From Octopus vulgaris (Eukaryota), in the NCBI GenBank assembly GCA_951406725.2, contig OX597820.1, forward strand, positions 117,366,001 through 117,430,000: a stretch of DNA of 64,000 bases, read 5' to 3'. Shown piece after piece: positions 27,401 through 44,179 of this stretch. Every line of letters starts with the position of its first letter. Positions within the stretch are counted from its first letter, which is position 1. Below the pieces are notes generated by a model. It was not told the DNA's origin, made no database searches, and worked only from the letters and a program-made list of their open reading frames with translations. The position numbers were made by a program, and so were the translations under genes.

Positions 27401-28584
27401 TGGCACCATCACCACTGCTTTTTACGTGGCACCATCACCAGGGCTTTTTACGTGGCACCATCACCAGGGCTTTTTACGTGACACCATCACCAGAGCTTTT
27501 ATGTGGCACCATCACCACTGCTTTTTACGTGGCACCATCACCAGGGCTTTTTACGTGACACCATCACCAGAGCTTTTATGTTGCACCATCACCAGTGCTT
27601 TTTACGTGGCACCATCACCAGGGCTTTTAATGTGGCACCATCACCAGAGCTTTTATGTGGCACCATCACCACTGCTTTTTACGTGGCACCATCACCAGGG
27701 CTTTTTACGTGACACCATCACCAGAGCTTTTTACGTGGCACCATCACCAGAGCTTTTATGTGGCACCATCACCACTGCTTTTTACGTGGCACCATCACCA
27801 GGGCTTTTTACGTGGCACCATCACCAGAGCTTTTATGTGGCACCATCACCACTGCTTTTTACGTGGCACCATCACCAGGGCTTTTTACGTGACACCATCA
27901 CCAGAGCTTTTATGTGGCACCATCACCACTGCTTTTTACGTGGCACCATCACCAGGGCTTTTAATGTGGAACCATCACCAGAGCTTTTATGTGGCACCAT
28001 CACCACTGCTTTTTACGTGGCACCATCACCAGGGCTTTTTACGTGGCACCATCACCAGGGCTTTTTACGTGACACCATCACCAGAGCTTTTATGTGGAAC
28101 CATCACCACTGCTTTTTACGTGGCACCATCACCAGGGCTTTTTACGTGGCACCATCACCAGGGCTTTTTACGTGACACCATCACCAGAGCTTTTATGTGG
28201 CACCATCACCACTGCTTTTTACGTGGCACCATCACCAGGGCTTTTAATGTGGAACCATCACCAGAGCTTTTATGTGGCACCATCACCACTGCTTTTTACG
28301 TGGCACCATCACCAGGGCTTTTTACGTGACACCATCACCAGAGCTTTTATGTGGCACCATCACCACTGCTTTTTACGTGGCACCATCACCAGGGCTTTTA
28401 ATGTGGCACCATCACCAGAGCTTTTATGTGGCACCATCACCAGGGCTTTTTATGTGGCACCATCACCAGAGCTTTTTATGTGGAACCATCACCACTGCTT
28501 TTTACGTGGCACCATCACCAGGGCTTTTTACGTGACACCATCACCAGGGCTTTTTACGTGGCACCATCACCACTGCTTTTTATG
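24497..28584. repeat. Minisatellite, 25-26 bp unit, roughly 160 copies, with 77 bp higher-order period
   Basis: Unit GTG(G/A)CACCATCACCA(CT/GG/GA)GCTTTT(TAC/AAT/AT); triplet 26+26+25 = 77 bp, reflected in ORF-track starts 24706, 24783, 24860; no unique spacers. Confidence 0.97.
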
Positions 28585-28934
28585 AGGGTGCAGTAATTAA
28601 TTCTGCATTTTTACCTCTAGTGCATCACAAAACAAAGAAGATTCAGAAGTATTGGTTTGAAGTGTAAGAAAACAGCTTTAACATACTTGTATGGAGATGG
28701 AGAGCATTTAAATGATGGCAATTGGATAATGAAATGATGAGCAATCATCCTTAGGAAGCAAGAGAAGAGGTAAGATGGGGGTGGGAATGTTCAAGAAAGG
28801 GAGAAGACAAGGGGTTGTGGTATACAGCAGTGAGATGCTATAGTGGAGGAGAGACATTGAAACCATGCAAGCATGGAAAAACATTCACACGCACACACAC
28901 ATATATATATATATACATATATACATACATATAT

Positions 28935-29142
28935 AAGGTTAATCCAAACATGAAAACACAACAACGCAAGGACATGGAACAAGTATAGTGTTATTGGATG
29001 TTCAGGAAAGGAAAGAAAGAAGGAGGATTTAATGTTTCGAGCAGAGCTCTTAGTCAGAAACATAGGAAAAGGAAAGATCCAAGGAAGGGAAGACGGAGGA
29101 AAAAAAAAATCGCCAATGATACGCACGCGGTCACATTTTGAA
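28935..29142 (-). mobile_element. Penelope-like terminal-repeat fragment with decayed minimal hammerhead motif
   Basis: Minus strand 29061-29027: GTTT CTGACTA A GAGC TCT GCTC GAAA C ATT AAAT; related end sequence (...GTTGTTGT...TTTGGATTAA) recurs at about 32975-33068 and 62400-62435, each next to (TA)n. Confidence 0.55.
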
Positions 29143-29149
29143 TGACATT

Positions 29150-31815
<2,666 letters not shown>

Positions 31816-32220
31816 CAGAGAGAGAGAGAGTGAGACAGAGATATATTTGTGATGCTGATGATGGCTATCACTGTCGATGTCCACAACTCAAAGTCTTGTA
31901 GCCATTCTGCTGCTTTCTTACCGAAGCTGTAATTTCCTTAAACTTGTGGACAGGCAGAAATGGTAGCTACTTTTGACCTGTCAGTGTATATTGCATATTT
32001 TATATACCATGTGTTTTGTTAACGATAACCCTGTCGGTTATAGGCTTCCGATAGACCAATTAGTGGCTCACTGAATCTTTGAGAGGAAGACCGACAAGAA
32101 AGGGTCTGCGGAACTCAAGCAGAACATAAGCCATAAGATATTTCTGACTGATGCACTGCGTTATTGACAATTTCATCACTGGCATGAATATTCTCTCTGA
32201 CAAACACATCTATATATATA

Positions 32221-32611
32221 CTCTTTTACTTGTTTCAGTCATTTGACTGCAGCCATGCTGGAGCACCGCCTTTAATCGAGCAACTCGACCCCGGGACTTA
32301 TTCTTTTGTAAGCCCAGTACTTATTCTATCGGTCTCTTTTGCCGAACCGCTAAGTAACGGGGACATAAACACACCAGCATCGGTTGTCAAGCAATGCTAA
32401 GGAGACAAACACACACACGCATATATATATATATATATATATATATACGACGGGCTTCTTTCAGTTTCCGTCTACCAAATCCACTCACAAAGCTTTGGTC
32501 GGCCCGAGGCTATAGTAGAAGACACCTCCCCAAGGTGCCACGCAGTGGGACTGAACCCGGAACCATGTGGTTGGTAAACAGGCTATTTACCACACAGCTA
32601 CTCCTGCGCCT
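32221..32611 (-). mobile_element. Family A SINE, full length
   Basis: Close match to other family A copies; a more diverged copy lies at 34340-34735. Confidence 0.9.
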
Positions 32612-32635
32612 ATATATATATATATATATATATAT

Positions 32636-32670
<35 letters not shown>

Positions 32671-33329
32671 GGCACATGGCCTTGTGGTTAGGGTGTTGCA
32701 CACGTGATCTAGTGACCAGGGGTTCAATTCCCAGACCAAATGGAATGTTGTGTTCTTGAGCAAAATACTTCATTTTGCATTACCCCAGTCCACTTGGCTG
32801 TAAATGGGTCACTCTATGAAAAATAACAATCATGTACATTTACACATAAATATAAATGTATGTTTGTATATATGTATATATATACATATATACGGCAGTG
32901 CATCAGCATGGCCGCAGCTCTGAGCTGAAAAAAAAAATTTATATATATATATAGACACACACACACACACACACTCCTTCTTCCCTTTTTTCCTGAGCGC
33001 CTAATAATACTTAATTGTTCCACCTCCTTGCGTTGTTGTCTTTTTTGTTTTCTTCTTTGGATTAACTTTACATTTACATATATATATATATATGTAAATG
33101 TGTGTGTGTGTCTATATATATATATACACTCTCATATATACATACATATACACACATACATATATGAACATCATCATCATCATCATTTAACATTCACCTT
33201 CTATGCTGGCATGGGTGGGATGGTTTGACAGGAGCTTACCAGGCAGGTACCTGCGCCAGACTTCTGTGTCCGTTTTGGCAGGATTTTTATAGCTGGATGC
33301 TCTTCCTAAAACCAACCACTCAGCAGAGT

Positions 33330-33374
<45 letters not shown>

Positions 33375-35591
33375 TACATACATACATATATATATATGAA
33401 TAAATAAATGGAGTTTAACGCAGGTGTAATCAAATATTTTTACTTTCGGCACATGTTTTGAAAATTCCACTGATACTATTCAAAAGAATAAATGGTATAA
33501 ACAATGCAATCTTCTCCTCAGAAAAGCGAAAAAAAGCGAAACTTGTCAATAAGACATTTTAGCAAAAAATGATGGATTTGTATAGCGATAGACAGAACGC
33601 TATTAATATTGTTTAAAAAAACGTTATATGATATAACGTCATAAGTAGCTAACAGAAAGAGTAGGGATATTAATAGTGAATGTTAAATATAAAGGAAATT
33701 AAAGTTTAAATTATATATAATGATAGAGACTACTTACATGCACTAAATGTGTGTTTTTGCCGATGCTTACATCTGTATGCTTGCTCTATAACCATGTTTA
33801 CTAGAGTATTTTTAGAAAAAATAATGAAAAATAGATCAGAATTGCATACACCTTAATGGTTTCAGCAGTTTTCTTCTGTCAAATTCCACTCACAAATGTA
33901 TAGTAGAGAGAAGTTACTCAAGGTAGCATGTTCTAGGATGGGGGGGGGGGGAGGTTGCCAACCCAAGGACAAACCGTTTTGGTTGTAAAATGAACTCGTT
34001 AACCATAGAACCATGCAGTCACTCATAACACTATTCTGTTGTAACTCAAGTTCAAATCTTGCTGGGACCATTATTTGATCTTTATACACACACACACATG
34101 GACATTATCATGATCATCATCATCATTTAATGTCTGCCTCACATGGGTGGGAGGGTTTGACAGGAGATGGCCAGGCAGGAGCTTGCACCAAACTTCTGTC
34201 ACCCAGGTCTGTTATTGTTTTTGAATTGTCATCATAGCTTCTGTAATTTTACTCCGCATTTCACGTAGGGGTGTTGGCCCTAGGGGGTCTTCGCGCCGCC
34301 AGGTCCAGTCCTTGTTATGGTAGCTTTTTATTGTTTTATTTGTTTCGCTCATGTGACTGCAGCCATGCTGGAGCAGTGCCTTTAGTCAAACACATCGACC
34401 CCAGGACTTATTCTTTGTAAGCCTAGTACTTATTCTATCAGCCTCTTTTGCTGAACTGCTAAGTCACAGGAACGTAACCACACCAGCATCAGTTGTCAAG
34501 CGATGGTGGAGGACAAACAGACACACAAACACATATACATATACAAATACAAATATATATATATATAATTATATATATGTATAGAAGAAGGGCTTCTTTC
34601 AGTTTCCATCTACCAAATCCACTCACAAGGCTTTGGTCAGCCTGAGGCTATAGTAGAAGGTACCACACAGTGGGACAGAACCTGAGACCATGTGGTTGAG
34701 AAGCAAGCTTCTTACCACACAGCCGCACCTGCACCTATGTTCCACGAAAGCATCGATGGCTAATATTCTATGGAGAGCAAAGGGCTTAAGTGAGATCGTT
34801 TATGATTTGGGGTTGATTTAAGCAATTACAGTTCCAACATACAAATTTCAGGTTTTTCACCAAAGCAAGAAAAAACACCAATTCCATCCCCAATCTTTAG
34901 AAATGTGGTGAAGAGAGGAAATCCCAGATGTTTCGAAATTTTAAACCTGAGGAAAGTATGTCCTTACAGTGAAATAGGTACTGTGATCGAAGGGAGGCCT
35001 CTATAAGGTCTTTGCACCTGTGAGAAATAGCAGTCACCTTCCCCCTCATAAATACTCCTCCTCCCCACTTAGTTGTAGGGGTTTTTTACCTCGTTCTTTT
35101 TTCAGTTTTAGAAGTTACTGAGTGGATCACATGCGTGCCAGTGCCCACCACCACCAAATAAAAAAGCACCCAGTATGCACCATGAAGTGGTTGGTGTTAG
35201 GAAGGTCATCGAGCTATAGATAGACATGCTGGGGCTTGATGCAAGCCTTTAGTTTGCTGGATGGTATCAAACCATCCAACCCATGACAGCATGGAAAAAC
35301 AGATGTTAAATGACAATTATGGGGGGCGATGATGATGATGATGGTGGTGGTGGTGGTGATGATTGTTACTCAAATTACACCTTAACATCAATTTCGGTGG
35401 GGAAAGGGTTAAGTCGAATGCATTGACCCCACTGCTCAGCAGGTCCTTATTTTATTGACCCCGAAAGGGTGAAAGGCAAAGTCAACCTCAGTGGAATTCG
35501 AACTCAGAACGTAAGGACAGATGAAATGCCACAAAAGCAGTTTGCCCAGCATGCTAACAATTCTGCCAGCTCAGCACAGTATAACACCTGA

Positions 35592-35717
35592 ACATTATTT
35601 ACATTTTACAGATATTCATCCTCATCTTGTTTGTTGTTAACACGTTTTCGCTGATATACTCTCCGGCCTTCATCAGGTGTCTTGGGGAAATTTCGCATTC
35701 CTAAGGTATTTTTTTGA

Positions 35718-35752
<35 letters not shown>

Positions 35753-35889
35753 ACACTGCCTGGAATCAAACTTGGAATCTTGGGGTTAGTAGCCCGCACT
35801 CTTAACCACTATGCCCACAGGTATATGGCATATTGGTTAAGAGTGCGGGCTACTAACCTCAAGATTCCGAGTTCGATTCCAAGCAGTGA

Positions 35890-35937
<48 letters not shown>

Positions 35938-36125
35938 CAACAACAACATTGAAAAATACCTTAAAAATGAGAACCCGGGTTCGAAATTTCTCCAAGACAC
36001 CTGATGAAGGCTGGAGAGTGTATCAGCCAAAATGTTAACAACAAACAAGATGAGGACAAATATCAGTCAATTGTAAATAATGTGAATAATGCATATAATT
36101 CCTCATCTTTTAAATATAGAACTGT
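35592..36125. mobile_element. Palindromic element: two divergent tRNA-like heads, each followed by (AAT)n and a hammerhead-like motif
   Basis: 35592-35815 is the reverse complement of 35827-36083; each arm has an A box (GGCATA(G/T)TGG), a B box (GAGTTCGATTCC in the right arm, AAGTTTGATTCC in the left), (AAT)n, then GACAC-CTGATGA-stem-(G/A)AAA. Confidence 0.8.
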
Positions 36126-37425
36126 ACACCTTAACATCTTAAATGAGAAGCAGACACACTGAATAATGTACTCATAAAACACACTCTTCAAATGATGGAA
36201 GATGGACACAAATAGAATATTTTCCATTACTGGTCTGCTTGATTAGAGCTGACCTGGGATTAAAGAACAACAACAAAGAGAGACAGAAATTGCAACAGTA
36301 AGAAAAGAAGCGATTATTATTAGGCACAGGTCAGTTGATAGAGAGCTGACTAAAAGCCAGCCAACCACACCACCACATCTAAAGAGCAGAAGAGGAAAAA
36401 GTAGCCGTACGCTATACGGCATATTCAGCAGGTTTTTACTACACCAGCTTAGAATGTTAAATGAATGGTAAAACGATGATGATGATGATGATGGAAAAAT
36501 TCTAAACATTGGAGTGGCTGTGTGGTAAGTAGCTTGCTAACCGACCACATGGTTCCGGGTTCAGTCCCACTGCGTGGCATCTTGGGCAAGTGTCTTCTGC
36601 TATAGCCCCAGGCTGACCAATGCCTTGTGAGTGGATTTGGTAGATGGAAACTGAAAGAAGCCTGTCGTATATATGTGTGTGTGTATATATATATATATAA
36701 AAAGGAAATGAAGAAAATGCTGACAAAATAATTTAAGTAAAGGAGAGTGTATTTAATTAGGTGAAAGTTCTTTTTACTGGTTGCGCATTTGTTATGCTTA
36801 TCAAAAGATATTTTGAGTGAGATTAGAGTTCCTTTCTGGTTGATTTTTTTCTCTTATCTGACTTTATGTTGGGTTTGCTGTCTCTTATATGTGAAAAAAG
36901 AGGCTCCAGAGTTGTTTGAGATTTGCTTGGTTTCACGCCTAAAATTTCTTGTGGACAATGGTCAATACAATTTTGATTGGTCATTATAAAGGGGTTACCT
37001 GAATGTTTGAATGGAAGTTGGTGTTGGGGTAAGAAAATAGGCTCCAGAGATGTTAAAATTTGGTTAGTATCTCCCCTAAAATTTCTTATTGGTCATAATA
37101 AAGAGGTCACATGAATGTGGTCATAATAGAGAGGTCATGTAAATGTTTAGAATGAATGTTGGTGTGGGTGGTGTATGGAGTTTTCAAGTTGTTGAAAATT
37201 CTTATTGTTCAGGCTGGTCAGTAGACGTTATGTGGATATTTTGAATAGCTTTTTAGCATGTAGTTAAGGAGTGTATTTTCCGATTGACTGAATTTGAGCT
37301 GGAAAAGTAAGTTCATTTAGGACAGGAAGAGCTATATGTATGTGGGTGTGTGTGTTTATATGTATGTATATATGTGTGCGTGTGTGGGTACAATTTTCAA
37401 TATTTATAGTTCTGCTGGCCTTGTG

Positions 37426-37457
<32 letters not shown>

Positions 37458-37460
<3 letters not shown>

Positions 37461-37835
37461 ATATATAAACGGCAGTTTGTCTGTGCGTGTTTCTGTGTGT
37501 CTGTTTGCTTGTACCCTCACCCTGACCACGGCTTTCAACCGATTCTGATGAAACTTGACACACACATAGCCCAATGTCATAATTCAAAACTAATGCAGCG
37601 AAAATTTTAAAAAGTTCCCCCAGTTCTGAAAAATATCGATAAATTCGACATGGGGTCGAGAATCAGAAACACAAACCACAGACTGTCTAGGGGACGCAAC
37701 TCGACCTTTTTAACTCTCAAAAAAATTTACCATAATTTTTTTCCCTTTTTTTGCTATTTTTGGGCTATAACTCTCTAAAAATGCTTTATAGTTATTTCCC
37801 TTACAAATCCGAGCAATGCCGGGCGATACTGCTGG
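37458..37835 (+). mobile_element. Non-autonomous Helitron (body type 2) in (TA)n
   Basis: TCTATATATAAACGGCAG start; 3' hairpin and CTGG end; near-identical to 42398-42782. Confidence 0.8.
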
Positions 37836-37853
37836 TATATATATATATGCCCA

Positions 37854-38320
37854 TAGGCGTAGGAGTGGCTGTGTGGTAAGTAGCTTGCTAACCAACCACA
37901 TGGTTCTGGGTTCAGTCCCACTGCGTGGCATCTTGGGCAATTGTCTTCTGCTAGAGACCGATAGAATAAGTACTGGGCTTACAAAGAATAAGTCCCGGGG
38001 TCGATTTGCTCGACTAAAGGCGGTGCTCCAGCATGGCCGCAGTCAAAATGAGTGAAACAAGTAAAAGAGTAAAAGAGTAAAGAGTATATATGTGTGTGTG
38101 TGTGTATATGTATGTGTGTCTGTGTTTGTCCCCCTAGCATTGCTTGACAACCGATGCTGGTGTGTTTACATCCCCGTCACTTAGCGGTTTGGCAAAAGAG
38201 ACCGATAGGATAAGTACTGGGCTTACAAAGAATAAGTCCTGGGGTCGATTTGCTCGACTAAAGGCGGTGCTCCAGCATGGCCGCAGTGAAATGACTGAAA
38301 AGAGTAAAAGAGTAAAAGAG
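37854..38320 (+). mobile_element. Rearranged family A SINE (internal deletion, duplicated 3' tail)
   Basis: Head jumps to AGAGACCGATAGAATAAG at about 37953; the 3' part is repeated at about 38085-38320. Confidence 0.8.
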
Positions 38321-38627
38321 TATTGGTCATCTCAAGGATAATATAGTTTCTGATCTGCAAAATGACGGGAGCAGTTGGGGATGAGATGCCTTTCCTCAAA
38401 GGGCCTCAATGACTGACCTGACGAACAACTCTCCCGCAAAATTGCACCACACTGCCTCGAGAAAGAGCAGGGGATACACAAGATAATAAAGTCTTAGATA
38501 TGCACTGCTCCAGAGGATAGGATGGGCATGGTTGGAACAACTTGATCATAAACTAATAACAAAAAAAAAAAAACCTAACTAATAGTTAACTCTGCATCAA
38601 GTCAATGAAGCTGGGGTTCAATACAGA

Positions 38628-38661
<34 letters not shown>

Positions 38662-39104
38662 ATCACGTGACCGACCAGTCCATCAGATGTTGTTACACAT
38701 CGCTGGTCACAATGCGTTCGCATTGTTTTAGCCTTCGAATGACACCACTCTGCTGGCTAAGTGAGCAGGCCAACAGAAGAAAGAGTGGTGAAAGAGTACA
38801 GCAGGGATCACCACCCTCTGCCGGAGCCTCGTGGAGCTTTTAGGTGTTTTCGCTCAATAAACACTCACAATGCCCGGTCTGGGAATTGAAACCGCGATCC
38901 TATGACCGCGAGTCCGCTGCCCTAACCATATATATATATAATCATCGTCATCATCATACATATAGTAATAATAATAATAATCCATGGATGGAATTTATAA
39001 ATATTTTAATGCATCACTATGCATGTTTCTACAAACCACATGTTTCTTACGACCATAGTCCATAATCCAGGAATAATTACAGTATCCATGGACATCAGGT
39101 GCCT

Positions 39105-40735
<1,631 letters not shown>

Positions 40736-41292
40736 TCATCATCATCATCATCATCATTTAGCGTCCGTTTTCCATGCTAGCATGGGTTGGACGGTTCTGC
40801 TGGGGTCTGTGAAGCCAGAAGGCTTCATCAGGCCCAGTCAAATCTGGCAGTGTTTCTACGGCTGGATGCCCTTCCTAACGCCAACCACTCCGTGAGTGTA
40901 GTGGGTGCTTTTTACGTGCCACCCGCACTGGTGCCAGCCAGAGCTGGCAAACGGCCACGAACGGATGGTGTTTTTTATGTGCCACCGGCACGAAGGCCAG
41001 GCGAGGCTGGCAACGAACACGAAACGGGGCGGTGCTGGCAACGGTCGCGAAACGGAAGGTTCTCTTACATGCCACCGGCACTGGTAACACATCTGCAATT
41101 TCCATTGATCGATTTCCATTGATCGATTTCGATTCTGATCCTCACTTGCCTCAATGGGTCTTCACAAGCAGAGTTTCGACATGCCACCGGCACTGGTAGC
41201 ACATCCGCAATTTCCATTGATCGATTTCGATTCTGATCCTCACTTGCCTCAACACGTCTTCACAAGTAGAGTTTTGTGTCCCAAGAAGGGAA

Positions 41293-41293
<1 letters not shown>
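40736..41293 (-). mobile_element. RTE 3' UTR copy with internal ~100 bp tandem duplication
   Basis: CATGCCACCGGCACTGGTA...CCTCACTTGCCTCAA occurs at about 41068 and 41180. Confidence 0.85.
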
Positions 41294-41358
<65 letters not shown>

Positions 41359-41437
41359 ATATACATATATATATATATGTGTTTGTATATATACATATAT
41401 ATATATATGTGTATGTATATATATATATGTGTGTATG

Positions 41438-41470
<33 letters not shown>

Positions 41471-41480
41471 GTATATATAT

Positions 41481-42225
41481 AGGCACAGGCACGGCTGTGC
41501 AGTAAGAAGTTTACTTCCCAACCACATGGTTCTGAGTTCACTCCCACTGTGTGGCACCTTGGGAAAGTGTCTTCTACTATAGCCTCAGATTAACGAAAGC
41601 CTTGGGAGTGGATTTGGGAAAGAGAAACTGAGAGAAGCCCATCATAATGTGTGTGTGTGTGTGTATCCCATTACTGCTTGACAACCAGTGCTGATGTGTT
41701 TACATCCCTGTAACTTAGCAGTTTGGCAAAAGAAACCGATAGAACAAATACCAAGCTTTAAAAAAATCTGAACTGGGATCAATTCATTTGGCTAAAAATT
41801 CTTCAAAGCAGTTTCCCAGCATGGCCACCGTTTCATAACTGAAACAAGTAAAAGATAAAAGGTGTGTGTGTATATATATATACACACACAAATATATATA
41901 TATATACATATATATGTATGTATGTATACATCATGACACTCCGTCGGTTGCGACGACGAGGGTTCCTGTTGATCCAATCAACAGAACAGCCTGCTCGTGA
42001 AATTAACGTGCAAGTGGCTGAGTACTCCACAGACATGTGTACCCTTAACGTAGTTCTCGGGGATATTCAGCATGACACAGAGTGTGACAGGCTGGCCCCT
42101 TTGAAACACGGGTGCCGGAGCCTCGTGGAAATTTAGGCCTTTTTGCTACATAAACACAACTTCCCGTCTGGGAATCGAAACTGCAATCCCACTGCCCTAA
42201 CCACTGAGCCATTGAACCTCCACTA
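41481..42225. mobile_element. Family A SINE (41481-41860, plus) and family B SINE (41935-42225, minus)
   Basis: Similarity to other copies in the window. Confidence 0.8.
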
Positions 42226-42228
42226 TGT

Positions 42229-42395
<167 letters not shown>

Positions 42396-42397
42396 TA

Positions 42398-42912
<515 letters not shown>

Positions 42913-42976
42913 GGTTTGTATTTGTATGTATATGTGTGTATGTGTAGGTATGTATAGGTACACATATGTATATGTA

Positions 42977-43067
<91 letters not shown>

Positions 43068-43294
43068 GGGGGTATGCATAGCGCAAAAATATCATACTTG
43101 GGGGAGTGGTCAAGGAGTCAGTGGTAAATTAGATAAAAGAATAAAAAAATATATAGAAGAATAGAGTTTTAGGTAAATAAGGAGATTCTCACTTATACAT
43201 ATACACATATGTATATATATACACACACACACACATATACATACACACATACATACACACACACACATATACATATACATATATATATACATAC

Positions 43295-43339
<45 letters not shown>

Positions 43340-43487
43340 TATACATATATATGCACATATATATACACACACACATGTATATATACACACACGACCACAC
43401 ATACATATACGCACAAAAAAATATATACATACACACACATACACATACACACATACACACACATATCCACATACACACACAAGTCCC

Positions 43488-43585
<98 letters not shown>

Positions 43586-43743
43586 GGGACTTGTGTGTGC
43601 ATGTGTGTATGTGGATATGTGTGTGTATGTGTGTATGTGTATGTGTGTGTATGTATATATTTTTTTGTGCGTATATGTATGTGTGGTCGTGTGTGTATAT
43701 ATACATGTGTGTGTGTATATATATGTGCATATATATGTATATA

Positions 43744-43800
<57 letters not shown>

Positions 43801-44011
43801 GTATATGTATATGTGTGTGTGTGTATGTATGTGTGTATGTATATGTGTGTGTGTGTGTATATATATACATATGTGTATATGTATAAGTGAGAATTTCCTT
43901 ATTTACCTAAAACTCTATTCTTCTATATATTTTTTTATTCTTTTATCTAATTTACCACTGACTCCTTGACCACTCCCCCAAGTATGATATTTTTGCGCTA
44001 TGCCTACCCCC
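43068..44011. repeat. ~940 bp palindrome centred on a (TA)n tract
   Basis: GGGGGTATGCATAGCGCAAAAATATCATACTTGGGGGAGTGGTCAAGG... (43068) is mirrored by ...CCTTGACCACTCCCCCAAGTATGATATTTTTGCGCTATGCCTACCCCC (44011); AAGTCCCTAT/(TA)n/ATAGGGACTT at the centre. Confidence 0.95.
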
Positions 44012-44148
44012 AAAAAGTCCCCCACCACCACCCCTTTAAACCTGCCTAAATGTATAAATGCCAATACAATTCTTGTTAACTAGCTTCCTGATGATTTCTC
44101 TTGAATGAAACAGTTCTAGTCCTGTAGAAGCTCCTTCTATATAATAAA

Positions 44149-44179
<31 letters not shown>

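Noticed and set aside
24497-28584. CRISPR-like array, or a His-rich protein gene (WHHHQ/WHHHH ORFs)
   Set aside because: Units abut with no unique spacers, there are no cas genes and the context is eukaryotic; the ORFs cycle through all three frames because the unit is 25-26 bp.
35827-35895. Functional tRNA genes here and at 52738, 53958 and 60909
   Set aside because: A and B boxes are present but I could not form a proper acceptor stem, and each runs into a repeated element body, so these are SINE-type heads.
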